Positions 40,333 to 49,185 of a stretch of 64,000 bases of DNA are shown here, one piece after another. Position 1 is the stretch's first letter. Every line of letters starts with the position of its first letter. The stretch is from Ancylobacter novellus (lineage in GTDB: Bacteria > Pseudomonadota > Alphaproteobacteria > Rhizobiales > Methylopilaceae). The stretch covers positions 72,954-136,953 of the forward strand of contig QFPN01000007.1 in NCBI GenBank assembly GCA_003241695.1, read 5' to 3'. The notes below the pieces were generated by a model. The model made no database searches, was not told where the DNA came from, and saw only the letters and a list, made by a program, of their open reading frames with translations. The translations under genes and the position numbers were made by a program.

Positions 40333-40452
40333 CGTTACCTCCGAGCGTTACCATGCCCGCGTTACCGGGTTTTCGGAGCCTGGAGCTAGGAACGGTCCGC
40401 GCGTTTCTCACCCGTGTCGGGCCGAAGTCCTAGGGGCCCCCGGAGTAGGACT
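40333..40452. promoter_or_regulatory. candidate cos site: dyad AGTCCTA-N13-TAGGACT (40426-40452) plus three CGTTACC repeats
   Basis: Inverted repeat and repeats at 40333, 40346, 40360 immediately upstream of terS. Confidence 0.55.
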
Positions 40453-40571
40453 GAGGTCCTTATGCGTCGTTCTCGGTCGCCTTCTTCATGACCGGGCTTA
40501 GACGCCGATCCTACAGCGGAGCCCAACGGGTGCGCCGTCCGGCGGGCGTCGCTCCAGCCCCACGCCTTCTG

Positions 40572-40596
40572 GGAACGGAGGAGGTCGACGGGGGTT
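40572..40596 (+). promoter_or_regulatory. candidate EcfG (general stress sigma) promoter
   Basis: GGAAC-N16-GGTT upstream of the PRC-barrel gene; one mismatch to GGAAC-N16/17-CGTT. Confidence 0.55.
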
Positions 40597-40628
40597 GAAT
40601 GAGTCCAACCGCGTCAGGGAGCGAAGCG

Positions 40629-40925
40629 ATGGACCACAGCAATCACGTTCGACTAACCCCTCAGGAGCTCATTCCGTCGACACTCGAAGGCGCGACGATC
40701 TACGGGCCGGAGGATGAGAAGATCGGTACTGTCGCCCACGTCCACGGAACTGGCGCCGATGCACAGGTTGCGGTCGATGTGGGCGGGTTCCTTGGCATCG
40801 GAGCGAAGCGCATCGCGGTGCCGGCGACTGATCTGGACTTCATGCGCGACGAAAGTGGCGACGTTCACGCGGTCACGACATGGACCAAGGATCAACTGAA
40901 GGCGATGCCCGAGCATCAGGACTGA
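40629..40925 (+). CDS. PRC-barrel domain protein (moron)
   Basis: LEGATIYGPEDEKIGTV..VDVGGFLGIGAKRIAVP..WTKDQLKAMPE. Confidence 0.92.
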   Translation: MDHSNHVRLTPQELIPSTLEGATIYGPEDEKIGTVAHVHGTGADAQVAVDVGGFLGIGAKRIAVPATDLDFMRDESGDVHAVTTWTKDQLKAMPEHQD

Positions 40926-41159
40926 GGGTCCAAGCGTTGGGGGCGGGAGCAGACCTTCCGCCTCCTGCCCCTCCGGGCCCAGCACGCCGCCTCAGGCAGG
41001 AAGTCGAACACGTTCGCAGTAAAGCGCGAACTGTCGGATTTCAGACGATAGCTAGCCCTCGCGCCAAACGACCAGATCGCCAGAAGAAAACGGCGACGGT
41101 CGGGCTGGGGCTCATCCCGCGGGGAACCGCGGCGTAGATGGATGCTCGTCCTGTGCGGG

Positions 41160-41188
41160 ATTCTGAGGCTAGCGCAGCCTCGCGTCAA
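41160..41188 (-). promoter_or_regulatory. candidate sigma70 late promoter
   Basis: Minus strand TTGACG-N17-CAGAAT with a GAGGCT/AGCCTC dyad in the spacer, pointing toward cos/terS. Confidence 0.55.
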
Positions 41189-41595
41189 GGGTGCGAACCG
41201 GGGGGTAGTGTCTTCGTTCGAGATCTGGGCCTAAGGATTCGGGGGATCGAACGCGCCGGGATTGTTTTTGAGGCCCGTCGCTCCCCGACAACGGGCCAGT
41301 TTTCACGTCGCCTGAAGATCACGGGGCGAGCAATCGTCAGCGCCTTTCTCGGCGGGGGACGACGTGAAACGTCGCCTTAAACGCGCTACGCGGCGACTCC
41401 ATGCGCAATAAAATCGCGCGCATCCTATCTGTTGTGCGCACGCTCGGAGAACGTCGCCCGCCCGTCCCCCTCTTCGCTGATCATCGTCGCATCCGCCACG
41501 CCCGGCCGTCCTTACCGCTCTCCTTCGCCTCCGCGACTGCGGAATGGAAGTGCGTCGCGGCCAAGTTGCCGAAAGAGCCATGGGCAGGCTCCGAT

Positions 41596-42228
41596 CTACC
41601 GCATGGCTTCCATTTCGATCGGGACGATCCGGTCTAGCGGCACAGTCAGTCGCATCCCGAATACGACGTCACGGACCTCGACCTCTCTCGCGTTCGACTG
41701 CCGCTCCACCTTCGCGAGCCAGCCTTCGCCAATGCCCGAAGTGATCCGGATCTGGTCGCCGGGTTGGAGGTCCCAGAGCTTCCCGCGAGGCGGCTCCTTG
41801 TTGAAATCGTAGACGCCCGAGGTCTCGGCCTTCTGAAGCAGAGCGATCGCAGACGCTCTGATACGCGACGGCGCGCCGTGCTGCGAAACGAGATGGTAGA
41901 CGCCATCCACGCCACGAACCTCAGACACCCGCAGGTCGCCGCGGCTATCACGAGGCGAGGCGAAGAACACGTATCTGGGCATGCCGGGCCTTCGCCGCAC
42001 GACGTGCGTCCCTGAGGGGGCGTGGCGCGGCCGCGACCACTTCCATCCGAAAGGCACGAACACGGGCCATCCGAGCGCGGCGATTCCATGCATGGCTTTC
42101 ACCTCGCAGCGCGGGTTCGTTTGGGCCGCGAACCAGACGCTGGAGCCATCGATGGCCGGGGCAGGGGGCGCAGCCGGCGCGTCCGCCTGGGGATGCACGC
42201 GTGCGCGAAGATCGGTCAGACTGAGCAT
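41596..42228 (-). CDS. NusG-family late antiterminator
   Basis: WFAAQTNPRCE..VFVP..PRYVF NGN domain and PGDQIRITSGIGEG KOW motif; occupies the lambda Q position. Confidence 0.85.
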   Translation of the reverse strand: MLSLTDLRARVHPQADAPAAPPAPAIDGSSVWFAAQTNPRCEVKAMHGIAALGWPVFVPFGWKWSRPRHAPSGTHVVRRRPGMPRYVFFASPRDSRGDLRVSEVRGVDGVYHLVSQHGAPSRIRASAIALLQKAETSGVYDFNKEPPRGKLWDLQPGDQIRITSGIGEGWLAKVERQSNAREVEVRDVVFGMRLTVPLDRIVPIEMEAMR

Positions 42229-42446
42229 GGCTTCCTCGATCCGGTGCGGCGGTGACGTTCGGCCGCCTGACGGTCGTGCTCGGCGGCGGCTGCTTTCACC
42301 GCCTCGGCGCGATTGGGAAACGTGCCGATCACCACCCCGTCCGCGTCGAGGGCGTCGAAGCCGGTACGGTCCGCGGTTTCCACGACCCGTCCGATGATGG
42401 TCGAGCCGTCGTAGATGACGATGCGATCCGTCGGCGAGCGGCTCAT
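42216..42446 (-). CDS. small hypothetical phage protein
   Basis: IYDGSTIIGRV..FDALDADGVVIGTFPNRAEA; overlaps both neighbours. Confidence 0.7.
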   Translation of the reverse strand: MSRSPTDRIVIYDGSTIIGRVVETADRTGFDALDADGVVIGTFPNRAEAVKAAAAEHDRQAAERHRRTGSRKPCSV

Positions 42447-43990
42447 CGGCCATACCCTCCGACGTCGTAGTCCGTGGAGCGGTAGCAGCCCTTCGTCAGG
42501 TCGTAGTCGAGATTGAGCTGACACGGGTGGCCAAGCTCCGGGAACCGGGACTTGCGATAGAACAGCGCCGCCTCCGTGCACCGCTGGCTACCCTCGAACA
42601 TCTTCTTTCGATGGACGACGAAGCCCTGGTCGACGCGGTTGTCCCAGTTCTTCGAACCCGAGATGTCTTCGAGCTCCGGCACGCGGCCGCGCTGCTTGCC
42701 GTCCATCTTGGCGGGGTGGGCTAGGATCTGGACGTGCACGTTGAAGGTGACCGCGAACTTGTAGATCTCGGTCAGACAGCGGCCGATGAACTCCGTTTCG
42801 CTCTCCTTGCGCCCGTCGCGATGGGTTTCGAGACGATTCCAAGGGTCGAGCTGGATAAGCTTAGCCCCGCCCCGGATGACGGCCGCTTCGGCGCGATCGA
42901 GCCACCACCCGAGATCCGGTCGGTCGTCCTCGTGCTGTCCCCAGAGGTAGCGATCGTGGATCCAGCGGTCGGCGCGCCGCTCCTCCTCCTCGCTCATCTC
43001 CTTCTCGAGCTTGCCGCTGTGCAGCGAGCGCAGGATGCGGCGCATATGCGGCTTGGCGCGAGTTTCAAAGGTCGTGATGAAGGCGGGGACGTCGTAATCC
43101 CGCACGATGTTGAACACGATCTGCGCGAAGAGGTTGGTCTTGCCGTGGCCGGGCTGGCCGGTCACCACGCTGAGCGCCGGGCAGCCGAGGCGGACCTTGC
43201 TCTCCCACTCGGGAAAGCCGGGGTTCCAAAGCACCATCGGCGGCGGCTCGGGGAAGTCGCCCATCCGGTAAATGCCCGTCACCGGCCAGGCCTTGGCCTT
43301 CTCGGTGACGTAGCTCTTCAGCGCCGCCCGGCCGTGGGCGAGCAGGAACTCGTTCGCGTCCTTGATCCCCTGCGGCCAGTCCACGAACCAGAAGCGCGCG
43401 GCGCCGAGGATGTTCACGAGGTCCTGACGCAGGCTGCGCCCCACAGCGTCGCTGTCGCCGCAGAACACGAAACGCTTTGCCTTGCTGAGCCCCGCGGCAA
43501 GCGCCTCGGCCACGTAGCGGTAACCCCGTATCGGGTCGTCTTCGCCGTCGCCGCCTTTGCGTTCGCTCGCGCCAGTCGGGACGGAAAGCACGGCGTCGAT
43601 CGGGACGCCGGCCTCGATCAGAGCGGCCGCGTCGAACTCGCCCTCCACGATGAAGACCGTCTCCATGGAGCCGGCGAGCACGGCGTCGAGATTGTAGAAG
43701 CAGGTCCGGCCGCCCTTCTGCGAGGTGAAGACCTTCTCGCCGTCGTCCGGACGGAACTTCACGTAGATCGGCTCGGGGTTGTTCGGCTCGAAGTAGCGGA
43801 ACGCGATGCTGTCGCGCTTCTCCTTCAGGCTACCGAACCACACCCCCGTAGCGGAGCCGACGCGCAGCTGCTCCAAAGTCCTGTGGCTGATGCCGCGGTT
43901 CCCTGCGAGGCCCTCGACCGCCGCCGTCGTCCGCGCTGAGACCACCGGTCCAGGGGCAGTGCCAGCAGTGCCAGATTGCGCAGTCGCCAT
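42443..43990 (-). CDS. T7 gp4/Twinkle-like primase (TOPRIM)-SF4 helicase lacking an in-frame Zn finger
   Basis: RGIS, IVEGEFDA, DSDAVG, KDANE; GQPGHGKT, LDPWN, ILAHP, DISGS. Confidence 0.92.
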   Translation of the reverse strand: MATAQSGTAGTAPGPVVSARTTAAVEGLAGNRGISHRTLEQLRVGSATGVWFGSLKEKRDSIAFRYFEPNNPEPIYVKFRPDDGEKVFTSQKGGRTCFYNLDAVLAGSMETVFIVEGEFDAAALIEAGVPIDAVLSVPTGASERKGGDGEDDPIRGYRYVAEALAAGLSKAKRFVFCGDSDAVGRSLRQDLVNILGAARFWFVDWPQGIKDANEFLLAHGRAALKSYVTEKAKAWPVTGIYRMGDFPEPPPMVLWNPGFPEWESKVRLGCPALSVVTGQPGHGKTNLFAQIVFNIVRDYDVPAFITTFETRAKPHMRRILRSLHSGKLEKEMSEEEERRADRWIHDRYLWGQHEDDRPDLGWWLDRAEAAVIRGGAKLIQLDPWNRLETHRDGRKESETEFIGRCLTEIYKFAVTFNVHVQILAHPAKMDGKQRGRVPELEDISGSKNWDNRVDQGFVVHRKKMFEGSQRCTEAALFYRKSRFPELGHPCQLNLDYDLTKGCYRSTDYDVGGYGR

Positions 43991-44129
43991 CGATCTTCAC
44001 GCTCAAGCAGGGGTCGGTCTTTTTCGCTCGTCGAGGCGAGCACTCGGGGCAGGTCGTTCGGTGTTCGCCGGGGCGGACTTCCCGCAGGCGAATGCCTCGA
44101 TCGGCGAGGCGTTGGGCGAGGTCGCTCAC
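43830..44129 (-). CDS. primase Zn-binding domain in a separate frame
   Basis: RTTCPECS..DPCLSVKI..WHCWHCPWTG; overlaps the primase-helicase ORF by 161 nt. Confidence 0.8.
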   Translation of the reverse strand: MSDLAQRLADRGIRLREVRPGEHRTTCPECSPRRAKKTDPCLSVKIDGDCAIWHCWHCPWTGGLSADDGGGRGPRREPRHQPQDFGAAARRLRYGGVVR

Positions 44130-45118
44130 CAGCCGATGACCTCCCCGGTTTCGTCGTAGATCTGCCCGGCGATGATCCAGCGGTTCGGGCCGTCGGCGGC
44201 GACGTCGTACCCATCCTCCCGGTACTCCCGGACGAACTGCGGCTCCCGAGCCTGCGAGCCGGTCGTGCGACGAGGAGGCTCCGGCTCCCCGGCTTCCTGG
44301 CGCAGCAGCTTCTTCCTGTCCGCCACGATCGCGCCGAGGTAGGTCGAGGGGTTCCGCGCCCTCAGGGCTTTCTCGAGCGCCGACACGATCGGCCGGAAGC
44401 CCTCGTCCTCGAACACGCCCTTGAGCTGCATCGCCCGGCTCCAGCGTACGCCGGCGTCCTCGAGCCGATAGCGCAGCGCGAAGAACCGGTCCTCGTCCGA
44501 GGCCGCCGGATCGGCGAGCGTCTCCTCGGCCGCGGCGCGCTTCACCGCGTCGTCGATCCGCCCGGCGGCAGCCCGCGCCATTCCCGAAGATGAGCCGCCG
44601 GTCGGGAAGGATGCGGGGGGAGGGAGAGCCTCGATCTGGGGAGGAGGCGCGACGCCGCCGTCAGGCGGCGGAGCGGCATCTTCTCTTTCTTTCTCTTGTA
44701 ACTGTGGTTGTGGAACGCGCGCGCGATGCTTGAGCCCGGCTTGGGCTAAGTCATTGTTTTCGCTAGATGCGAGGGCGTTTTCGGCCCTTTTATTTCCACC
44801 TTTCGCGCCGTTTTCAGCGTGTTTTCGAGCAATTTTCGCGGAGTTTTCGAGCTCGTTTTCGGCGCGAACGTTGCTCAGGCCGGTCTCTCGCAGGACCAGT
44901 TTTCCGACTTCGAGAAGCCTCTGGCGGAGGGCGCCCCACTTCCTTACGGACACGCCGCACACCCCGGCGAGCCATCGCGCGTCATCCGGGATGGGGCCGC
45001 CGCGGTCGTAGATCAGGTCGAGGCAAAGGCTGTAGGCGCCCTTCTCCTCGAGGGAGAGGCCCATCGTGCCGTGGACGAAGTCGGCGCCGTAGCGCGGATA
45101 CCAGGGGCGCGTGCTCAT
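44126..45118 (-). CDS. DUF1376/YdaU-family putative replication initiator
   Basis: PWYPRYGADFVHGTMGLSLEEKGAYSLCLDLIY..LAGVCG..ENGAKGG. Confidence 0.88.
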   Translation of the reverse strand: MSTRPWYPRYGADFVHGTMGLSLEEKGAYSLCLDLIYDRGGPIPDDARWLAGVCGVSVRKWGALRQRLLEVGKLVLRETGLSNVRAENELENSAKIARKHAENGAKGGNKRAENALASSENNDLAQAGLKHRARVPQPQLQEKEREDAAPPPDGGVAPPPQIEALPPPASFPTGGSSSGMARAAAGRIDDAVKRAAAEETLADPAASDEDRFFALRYRLEDAGVRWSRAMQLKGVFEDEGFRPIVSALEKALRARNPSTYLGAIVADRKKLLRQEAGEPEPPRRTTGSQAREPQFVREYREDGYDVAADGPNRWIIAGQIYDETGEVIGW

Positions 45119-45459
45119 TGGAGCGCCTTCCGGTACTCACGACGCAGGAAATGAACGTTGAGCCGCAGCGCCTCCGCGAACGCCAGGAGAGCCCTCCGCG
45201 GGCCGTAGGCGCTGAGGAACACGTCGCACATCGCCCAGAGCATGGCTGAAGCCATCTCGCCGACGGCGAGAGGCCCGTCCTTGTCCAGGGCCTCCTGGAG
45301 CGCGAGACGGGCGACGCGTTCGCCGCGGTCGAGATAGTGGGTCTCGCGGCAGGACAGGATCGTCAGATACTGATCGCAGCGATCGACCGCGAGATCGAAA
45401 CGCAACGGCTCGTCATCATGCATTGGCGTGTTCCCGAACCAGTGGATCGAGGGGCTCAT
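45115..45459 (-). CDS. hypothetical phage protein
   Basis: Coupled ORF in the early lytic operon. Confidence 0.55.
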   Translation of the reverse strand: MSPSIHWFGNTPMHDDEPLRFDLAVDRCDQYLTILSCRETHYLDRGERVARLALQEALDKDGPLAVGEMASAMLWAMCDVFLSAYGPRRALLAFAEALRLNVHFLRREYRKALQ

Positions 45460-45754
45460 CGAGAGCGTCGGCTAGATCGCGAAGGATCTTCGAAGGGGTT
45501 TGCGCTGCGCCGCCCGCCGCCACATGGGCAGCCGACAGGATGAGGTTCTCGAGGAGCGGCAGGCAGGCCTCGGCTCCCGCCTCCTTTCGGACCTTGAGGC
45601 AGGCGTTCGCGACGAGGTGTGAGGCGTAGGCGGTCAGCCTGGCGTCGAGGGCCTCGCCGTCGCTTCGAAGGCGGGGAAACGGGCCTACAACCTCGCGCGC
45701 CCATGCCGCTGGCGACGGGCGCCGGGCGGGCGACTTTGTCGTCGTGGCGGTCAC
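45416..45754 (-). CDS. hypothetical phage protein
   Basis: GGAGG RBS then GTG; early operon. Confidence 0.55.
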   Translation of the reverse strand: MTATTTKSPARRPSPAAWAREVVGPFPRLRSDGEALDARLTAYASHLVANACLKVRKEAGAEACLPLLENLILSAAHVAAGGAAQTPSKILRDLADALDEPLDPLVREHANA

Positions 45755-45893
45755 GGATCCCGCCTCCGTTCGTCGGCCCAACGTTCGAGCCGCTCGGCGG
45801 AGATCGCGAGCATATCGGCGAAGCCGACCTGAAAGCGGGCGAGCGCCTTGAGGACGGCGGCCGTTCCGTAAGCAAGGAGCCTAAGGATCTGCA

Positions 45894-46250
45894 TCAGCGA
45901 TCCTCAGGGGTCTTGAGGCGGTCGCGAATTCGATCGAGGTCGGCCTTGAGCTGAAGGTGCTCGCGTTCGCGCTCCGCACGGTCGAGCCAGGCCGGACGCT
46001 TGGGCATTACCGCCGACAGAAACTCGGGCCCGTAGACGCCGACGAGCACGACGAGGTGGGCCGCGCCCGGCGCCGAGATGCGCGCGAGCCATTTCTCGAC
46101 CGTCTTCGTGCTGACGCCGGTGTCGGCATGAACGTGGGCGGCGGTCTTCTCAGGGTATGCGGCGCGAAGGAAGTCGCAGACCCGGTCGGCGACCTCGATC
46201 TGCGCTCCCCCGACTTTGGGGAATTTCACTCCGACTTTTCGCAACGTCAT
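45894..46250 (-). CDS. CII-position HTH protein
   Basis: FLRAAYPEKTAAHVHADTGVSTKTVEKWL..P..HLVVLVGVYGPEFL plus coiled-coil tail. Confidence 0.7.
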   Translation of the reverse strand: MTLRKVGVKFPKVGGAQIEVADRVCDFLRAAYPEKTAAHVHADTGVSTKTVEKWLARISAPGAAHLVVLVGVYGPEFLSAVMPKRPAWLDRAEREREHLQLKADLDRIRDRLKTPEDR

Positions 46251-46420
46251 CTCCGATCCTGTTGAGGACCGGAGCGGCGACGACGCGTGCGCCGGGCAGG
46301 AGCAGGGAGCGCCGGACGCGGCGAGAACGACGCCGGACATCAGAAACATCCCGCAGTAGGTCGAAGCCGCGCCGCATCTTGGCGGACGGAGGCGCGGTTC
46401 GACGGGAACAGGAGAGCGGC

Positions 46421-46669
46421 ATGCCGCGGAAGAAGGAGACGCCCGAGAACCGGGCGAAGGAGCTCGGCCAGATTCTGACCGCGCTCGAAATCTCGATCTG
46501 CATCATCGCGGTCGTCGGCTTCGCGAACAAACCGCGGCGCATCAGTCTGGTCGTCGGCCACCTTCGGGGGCTGGCGAACCAGGCCCTTTACCAGACCGAT
46601 GGTCCGGACCCGACGACGCTCGATCGCCTCGCCGATCAGATTGAGATCGGTCATGAGGCCACCAGCTGA
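46421..46669 (+). CDS. small hypothetical protein, paralogue 1
   Basis: AGGAG RBS; similar to 46669-46941. Confidence 0.65.
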   Translation: MPRKKETPENRAKELGQILTALEISICIIAVVGFANKPRRISLVVGHLRGLANQALYQTDGPDPTTLDRLADQIEIGHEATS

Positions 46670-46941
46670 TGCTGGATGTCGACCGGATCGACAGGGACAT
46701 TCGGGAGCTGGTGCAGGCGGTCGCAACGCTGGAGGTCGTGGTCGCCCGGATTGCAGGCTCGAAACTCGCTTTCCGCGGTCGGCTGGCGTGCGAACTGAGA
46801 CACTTGGCCGATGACGCTGTTTATCAGCGCGACGGATTGGATCCTGCGATGCTCGATAGGATTGCGCGACACCTCGGCGACCAGATCCCGGAGATCATCG
46901 ATTTGGCGAAAGAAGCTCATGGCCGCGACGCCTCAGACTGA
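46669..46941 (+). CDS. small hypothetical protein, paralogue 2
   Basis: TGATG-coupled to paralogue 1; shared LRxLAxxAxYQxDGxDPxxLDR. Confidence 0.65.
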   Translation: MLDVDRIDRDIRELVQAVATLEVVVARIAGSKLAFRGRLACELRHLADDAVYQRDGLDPAMLDRIARHLGDQIPEIIDLAKEAHGRDASD

Positions 46942-47135
46942 GCCTTGCAGGCGCGCATGAAGTCGACGACGCGCTTCACCACCTTGAGCGTCGGCGAGCG
47001 ACCCTTTCGGATAGAGGGCACAAAACCAGGGTCACGCATTGCGGCCCAGCCAAGAGCCGTCGGGCTCATCTTCGAGTCGTCGAGAAACTGCTCGATCAGT
47101 TGGCGGAAGTCGGCGTCGGTCAGCATGGCCGACAT
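46917..47135 (-). CDS. Cro-like HTH regulator
   Basis: IEQFL..MSPTALGWAAMRDPGFV..IRKGRSPTL; divergent from cI. Confidence 0.85.
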   Translation of the reverse strand: MSAMLTDADFRQLIEQFLDDSKMSPTALGWAAMRDPGFVPSIRKGRSPTLKVVKRVVDFMRACKAQSEASRP

Positions 47136-47138
47136 TAG

Positions 47139-47204
47139 ATAAGATTATGCCTATCGTTTCAAGTAGGAACGAAACGAGTGGTGATAAAATAGGGTTCTGC
47201 CTAC
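47139..47204. promoter_or_regulatory. putative OR operators (ATAGG-N6-CCTAT type)
   Basis: ATAAGattatgCCTAT (47139-47154) and ATAGGgttctgCCTAC (47189-47204) between cro and cI. Confidence 0.7.
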
Positions 47205-47213
47205 AGGTAGGGT

Positions 47214-47960
47214 ATGGACGATTTGCGCAAACGGCTGAAGGCGGCCATCGACGCCTCCGCCCACACGATGGCCACGCTCTCTCGAGAGGCCGGGAAAAAT
47301 CACGCCTACATCCAGCAATTCATAGAGCGCGGCGTGCCACGCAAGTTGCCTGAGGACGTTCGCGTTCTTCTCTCCGCGCGTTTGGGCATGCCCGAGACGG
47401 AGCTGGGCGGCCGCAAGCCCATAATCGCAAGCTACGACCCAGCCGAGTTCGACCGCGAGGTAGCGCCCTTCGAGCCGGGCGTCTCCTCTCTCGTGCCTTA
47501 CGAAGGCCGTACGGCCAACGCCATGCCGGACATCGACGTGTCAGCCGGCGCAGGCCCCGGAGGCCTGCCGCTTCCTCATCAACTCCCGCATCAGTCCGGC
47601 GTGGTCTACGCGGCCGACGCAATTCGCGGCGAGGTCATACTGCCGGACTATTTGCTGGGCGAGTACACACGCGCGAAAGCCGGCCGCGTACACGTCGTGC
47701 GGGTCCGCGGCGACAGCATGGAGACGACGCTCTCTTCAGGAGACCGCGTATTCGTCGACACGACGGACGTCGCGATCGGCCAGGGCGGAGTGTTCGTGAT
47801 CCTGGACCCCGACGGCGAGGTGCTGATCAAGCGACTGCGCAAGCTTCCGGAGGGGCGGATTGAGATCGTCTCGGACAATCCGAAGCAAGCAAGCGACAAC
47901 TACGCCGCTGAGGAGATCAGGATTGTAGGGCGGGCGGTCGCGAGGCTGTGCAGGATTTAG
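47214..47960 (+). CDS. CI-like repressor (HTH + S24 peptidase)
   Basis: LSREAGKNHAYIQQF..P; SAGAG cleavage site; VRGDSME (Ser) and LIKRL (Lys). Confidence 0.94.
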   Translation: MDDLRKRLKAAIDASAHTMATLSREAGKNHAYIQQFIERGVPRKLPEDVRVLLSARLGMPETELGGRKPIIASYDPAEFDREVAPFEPGVSSLVPYEGRTANAMPDIDVSAGAGPGGLPLPHQLPHQSGVVYAADAIRGEVILPDYLLGEYTRAKAGRVHVVRVRGDSMETTLSSGDRVFVDTTDVAIGQGGVFVILDPDGEVLIKRLRKLPEGRIEIVSDNPKQASDNYAAEEIRIVGRAVARLCRI

Positions 47961-48126
47961 GAGTTCCCTCCAGAAACGCGGCTAGCGCCTTCGCTACGTC
48001 CTTCGTGACGTGTTCGACCTTTCCGCTTGTGCGGCCTCGACGATCTCGCCAGTCTCGCGATCGGGGACCGCCCAACCGCGATCTGTGTCGTTCACGCAGA
48101 TGACGATGAAGGGGCGACGTTTCGGG

Positions 48127-48351
48127 TCATTTGACGCCGTGAACGTGACGCACGGCTTCTTCGACCATGGGCCACAAATCCGGCGGGCAATCATACACAC
48201 CGCGGGCCTGATCAATCCTGTTCGGAGCGGTGCCGCGAGTTAAGCCGAGGGTTCGCTTCACATGAGCGACGTGGCAGGTTTTGACGCTCTTCCCGTACTT
48301 TTCGAAGACGTATGAGCGCTCGCGCTTATAGCCGGCCTTATCGTCAATCAT
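48127..48351 (-). CDS. small basic hypothetical protein (IS1595-passenger type), start uncertain
   Basis: YVFEKYGKSVKTCHVAHVKRTLGL..APNR..CPP..VEEAV. Confidence 0.5.
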   Translation of the reverse strand: MIDDKAGYKRERSYVFEKYGKSVKTCHVAHVKRTLGLTRGTAPNRIDQARGVYDCPPDLWPMVEEAVRHVHGVK

Positions 48352-48352
48352 T

Positions 48353-48500
48353 TCAACTGCCCCACGGCCTCTTCGGCTTCTCAGCCGGCGCTGGCGGTGC
48401 CGTCGCCAGCTTCCTCACCGTCTCCGCAAACCGTTCCGGGTGGTCGTCCGTCTGTAGCTCGCGCGCGGCGTCGCGGAAATTGTCGATCTGGGTCCTTTTT
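48353..48500 (-). pseudogene. small degenerate ORF of IS1595-passenger type
   Basis: Own translation KRTQIDNFRDAARELQTDDHPERFAETVRKLA..; no in-frame ATG. Confidence 0.45.
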
Positions 48501-48558
48501 GTCGAGCTCCAACTTATGTCTACGCATACTGGTCTGCAGACAATTGGTCTTCAGACGC

Positions 48559-49179
48559 TCAGCCATTCGCGATCAACTCGGCAGCTACGTCTAGCTTATC
48601 TCGGTAATATCGGAACACGGTCACTGCGCCGCCAACGCGCGGATCTGGACTCATTAGAAGACGATAGACACTAACGCCTAATAATGGTCGGCCCATAATT
48701 CTCAATACCAAAGCGTCTAGAGCGGTCTGTGTCGTTGAAGACATGTGTGCACAACGATTTCTGATTGTCTTTAGGTCATTCAATTCCTGAAAAACGCTCG
48801 AAATATGAGGTTCGTATGGATAGCCGTTATTGAAATAAAGATTTGCTATCTTTCTAAAATTATCATGGTTGGCGTAGTCGAAGAACCTTTGTGGTGCGAT
48901 GACAATATTTTTAGCGTGATCAAAACTTTGCGGCTGTACAAATCTGATCGGCAGATTTCCATTAATTGCGGGTGCGCCAATTAAAAACTGAGAAAGCGTC
49001 TCTTCAAGAAAGCTCTCCCACGCTATGAAGAAATTTAAAAAGGCGCAATTTGTAATTTGTTCTTGATCTAAGGCGATTAATTGATTCCCATTTATCGTAG
49101 CTTGATGGGCGCTCACTATCAAGCTCTCGCACTGAGCAACGTCCGTTTTATACTTGTTGAGAGCTGCGGAAATCGACAT
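48559..49179 (-). CDS. HEPN-like protein (putative RNase)
   Basis: Helical; FIAWESFLEE segment and RNRCAH (RxxxxH); AT-rich. Confidence 0.75.
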   Translation of the reverse strand: MSISAALNKYKTDVAQCESLIVSAHQATINGNQLIALDQEQITNCAFLNFFIAWESFLEETLSQFLIGAPAINGNLPIRFVQPQSFDHAKNIVIAPQRFFDYANHDNFRKIANLYFNNGYPYEPHISSVFQELNDLKTIRNRCAHMSSTTQTALDALVLRIMGRPLLGVSVYRLLMSPDPRVGGAVTVFRYYRDKLDVAAELIANG

Positions 49180-49185
49180 ATTTCA

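Noticed and set aside
40990..41075. tRNA/tmRNA-like look of the hairpin cluster
   Set aside because: No cloverleaf, CCA end or tag peptide; kept only as an unclassified structured region.
47960..48130. Terminal inverted repeat or target duplication of the IS1595 remnant
   Set aside because: No matching end could be identified; the other end appears deleted.
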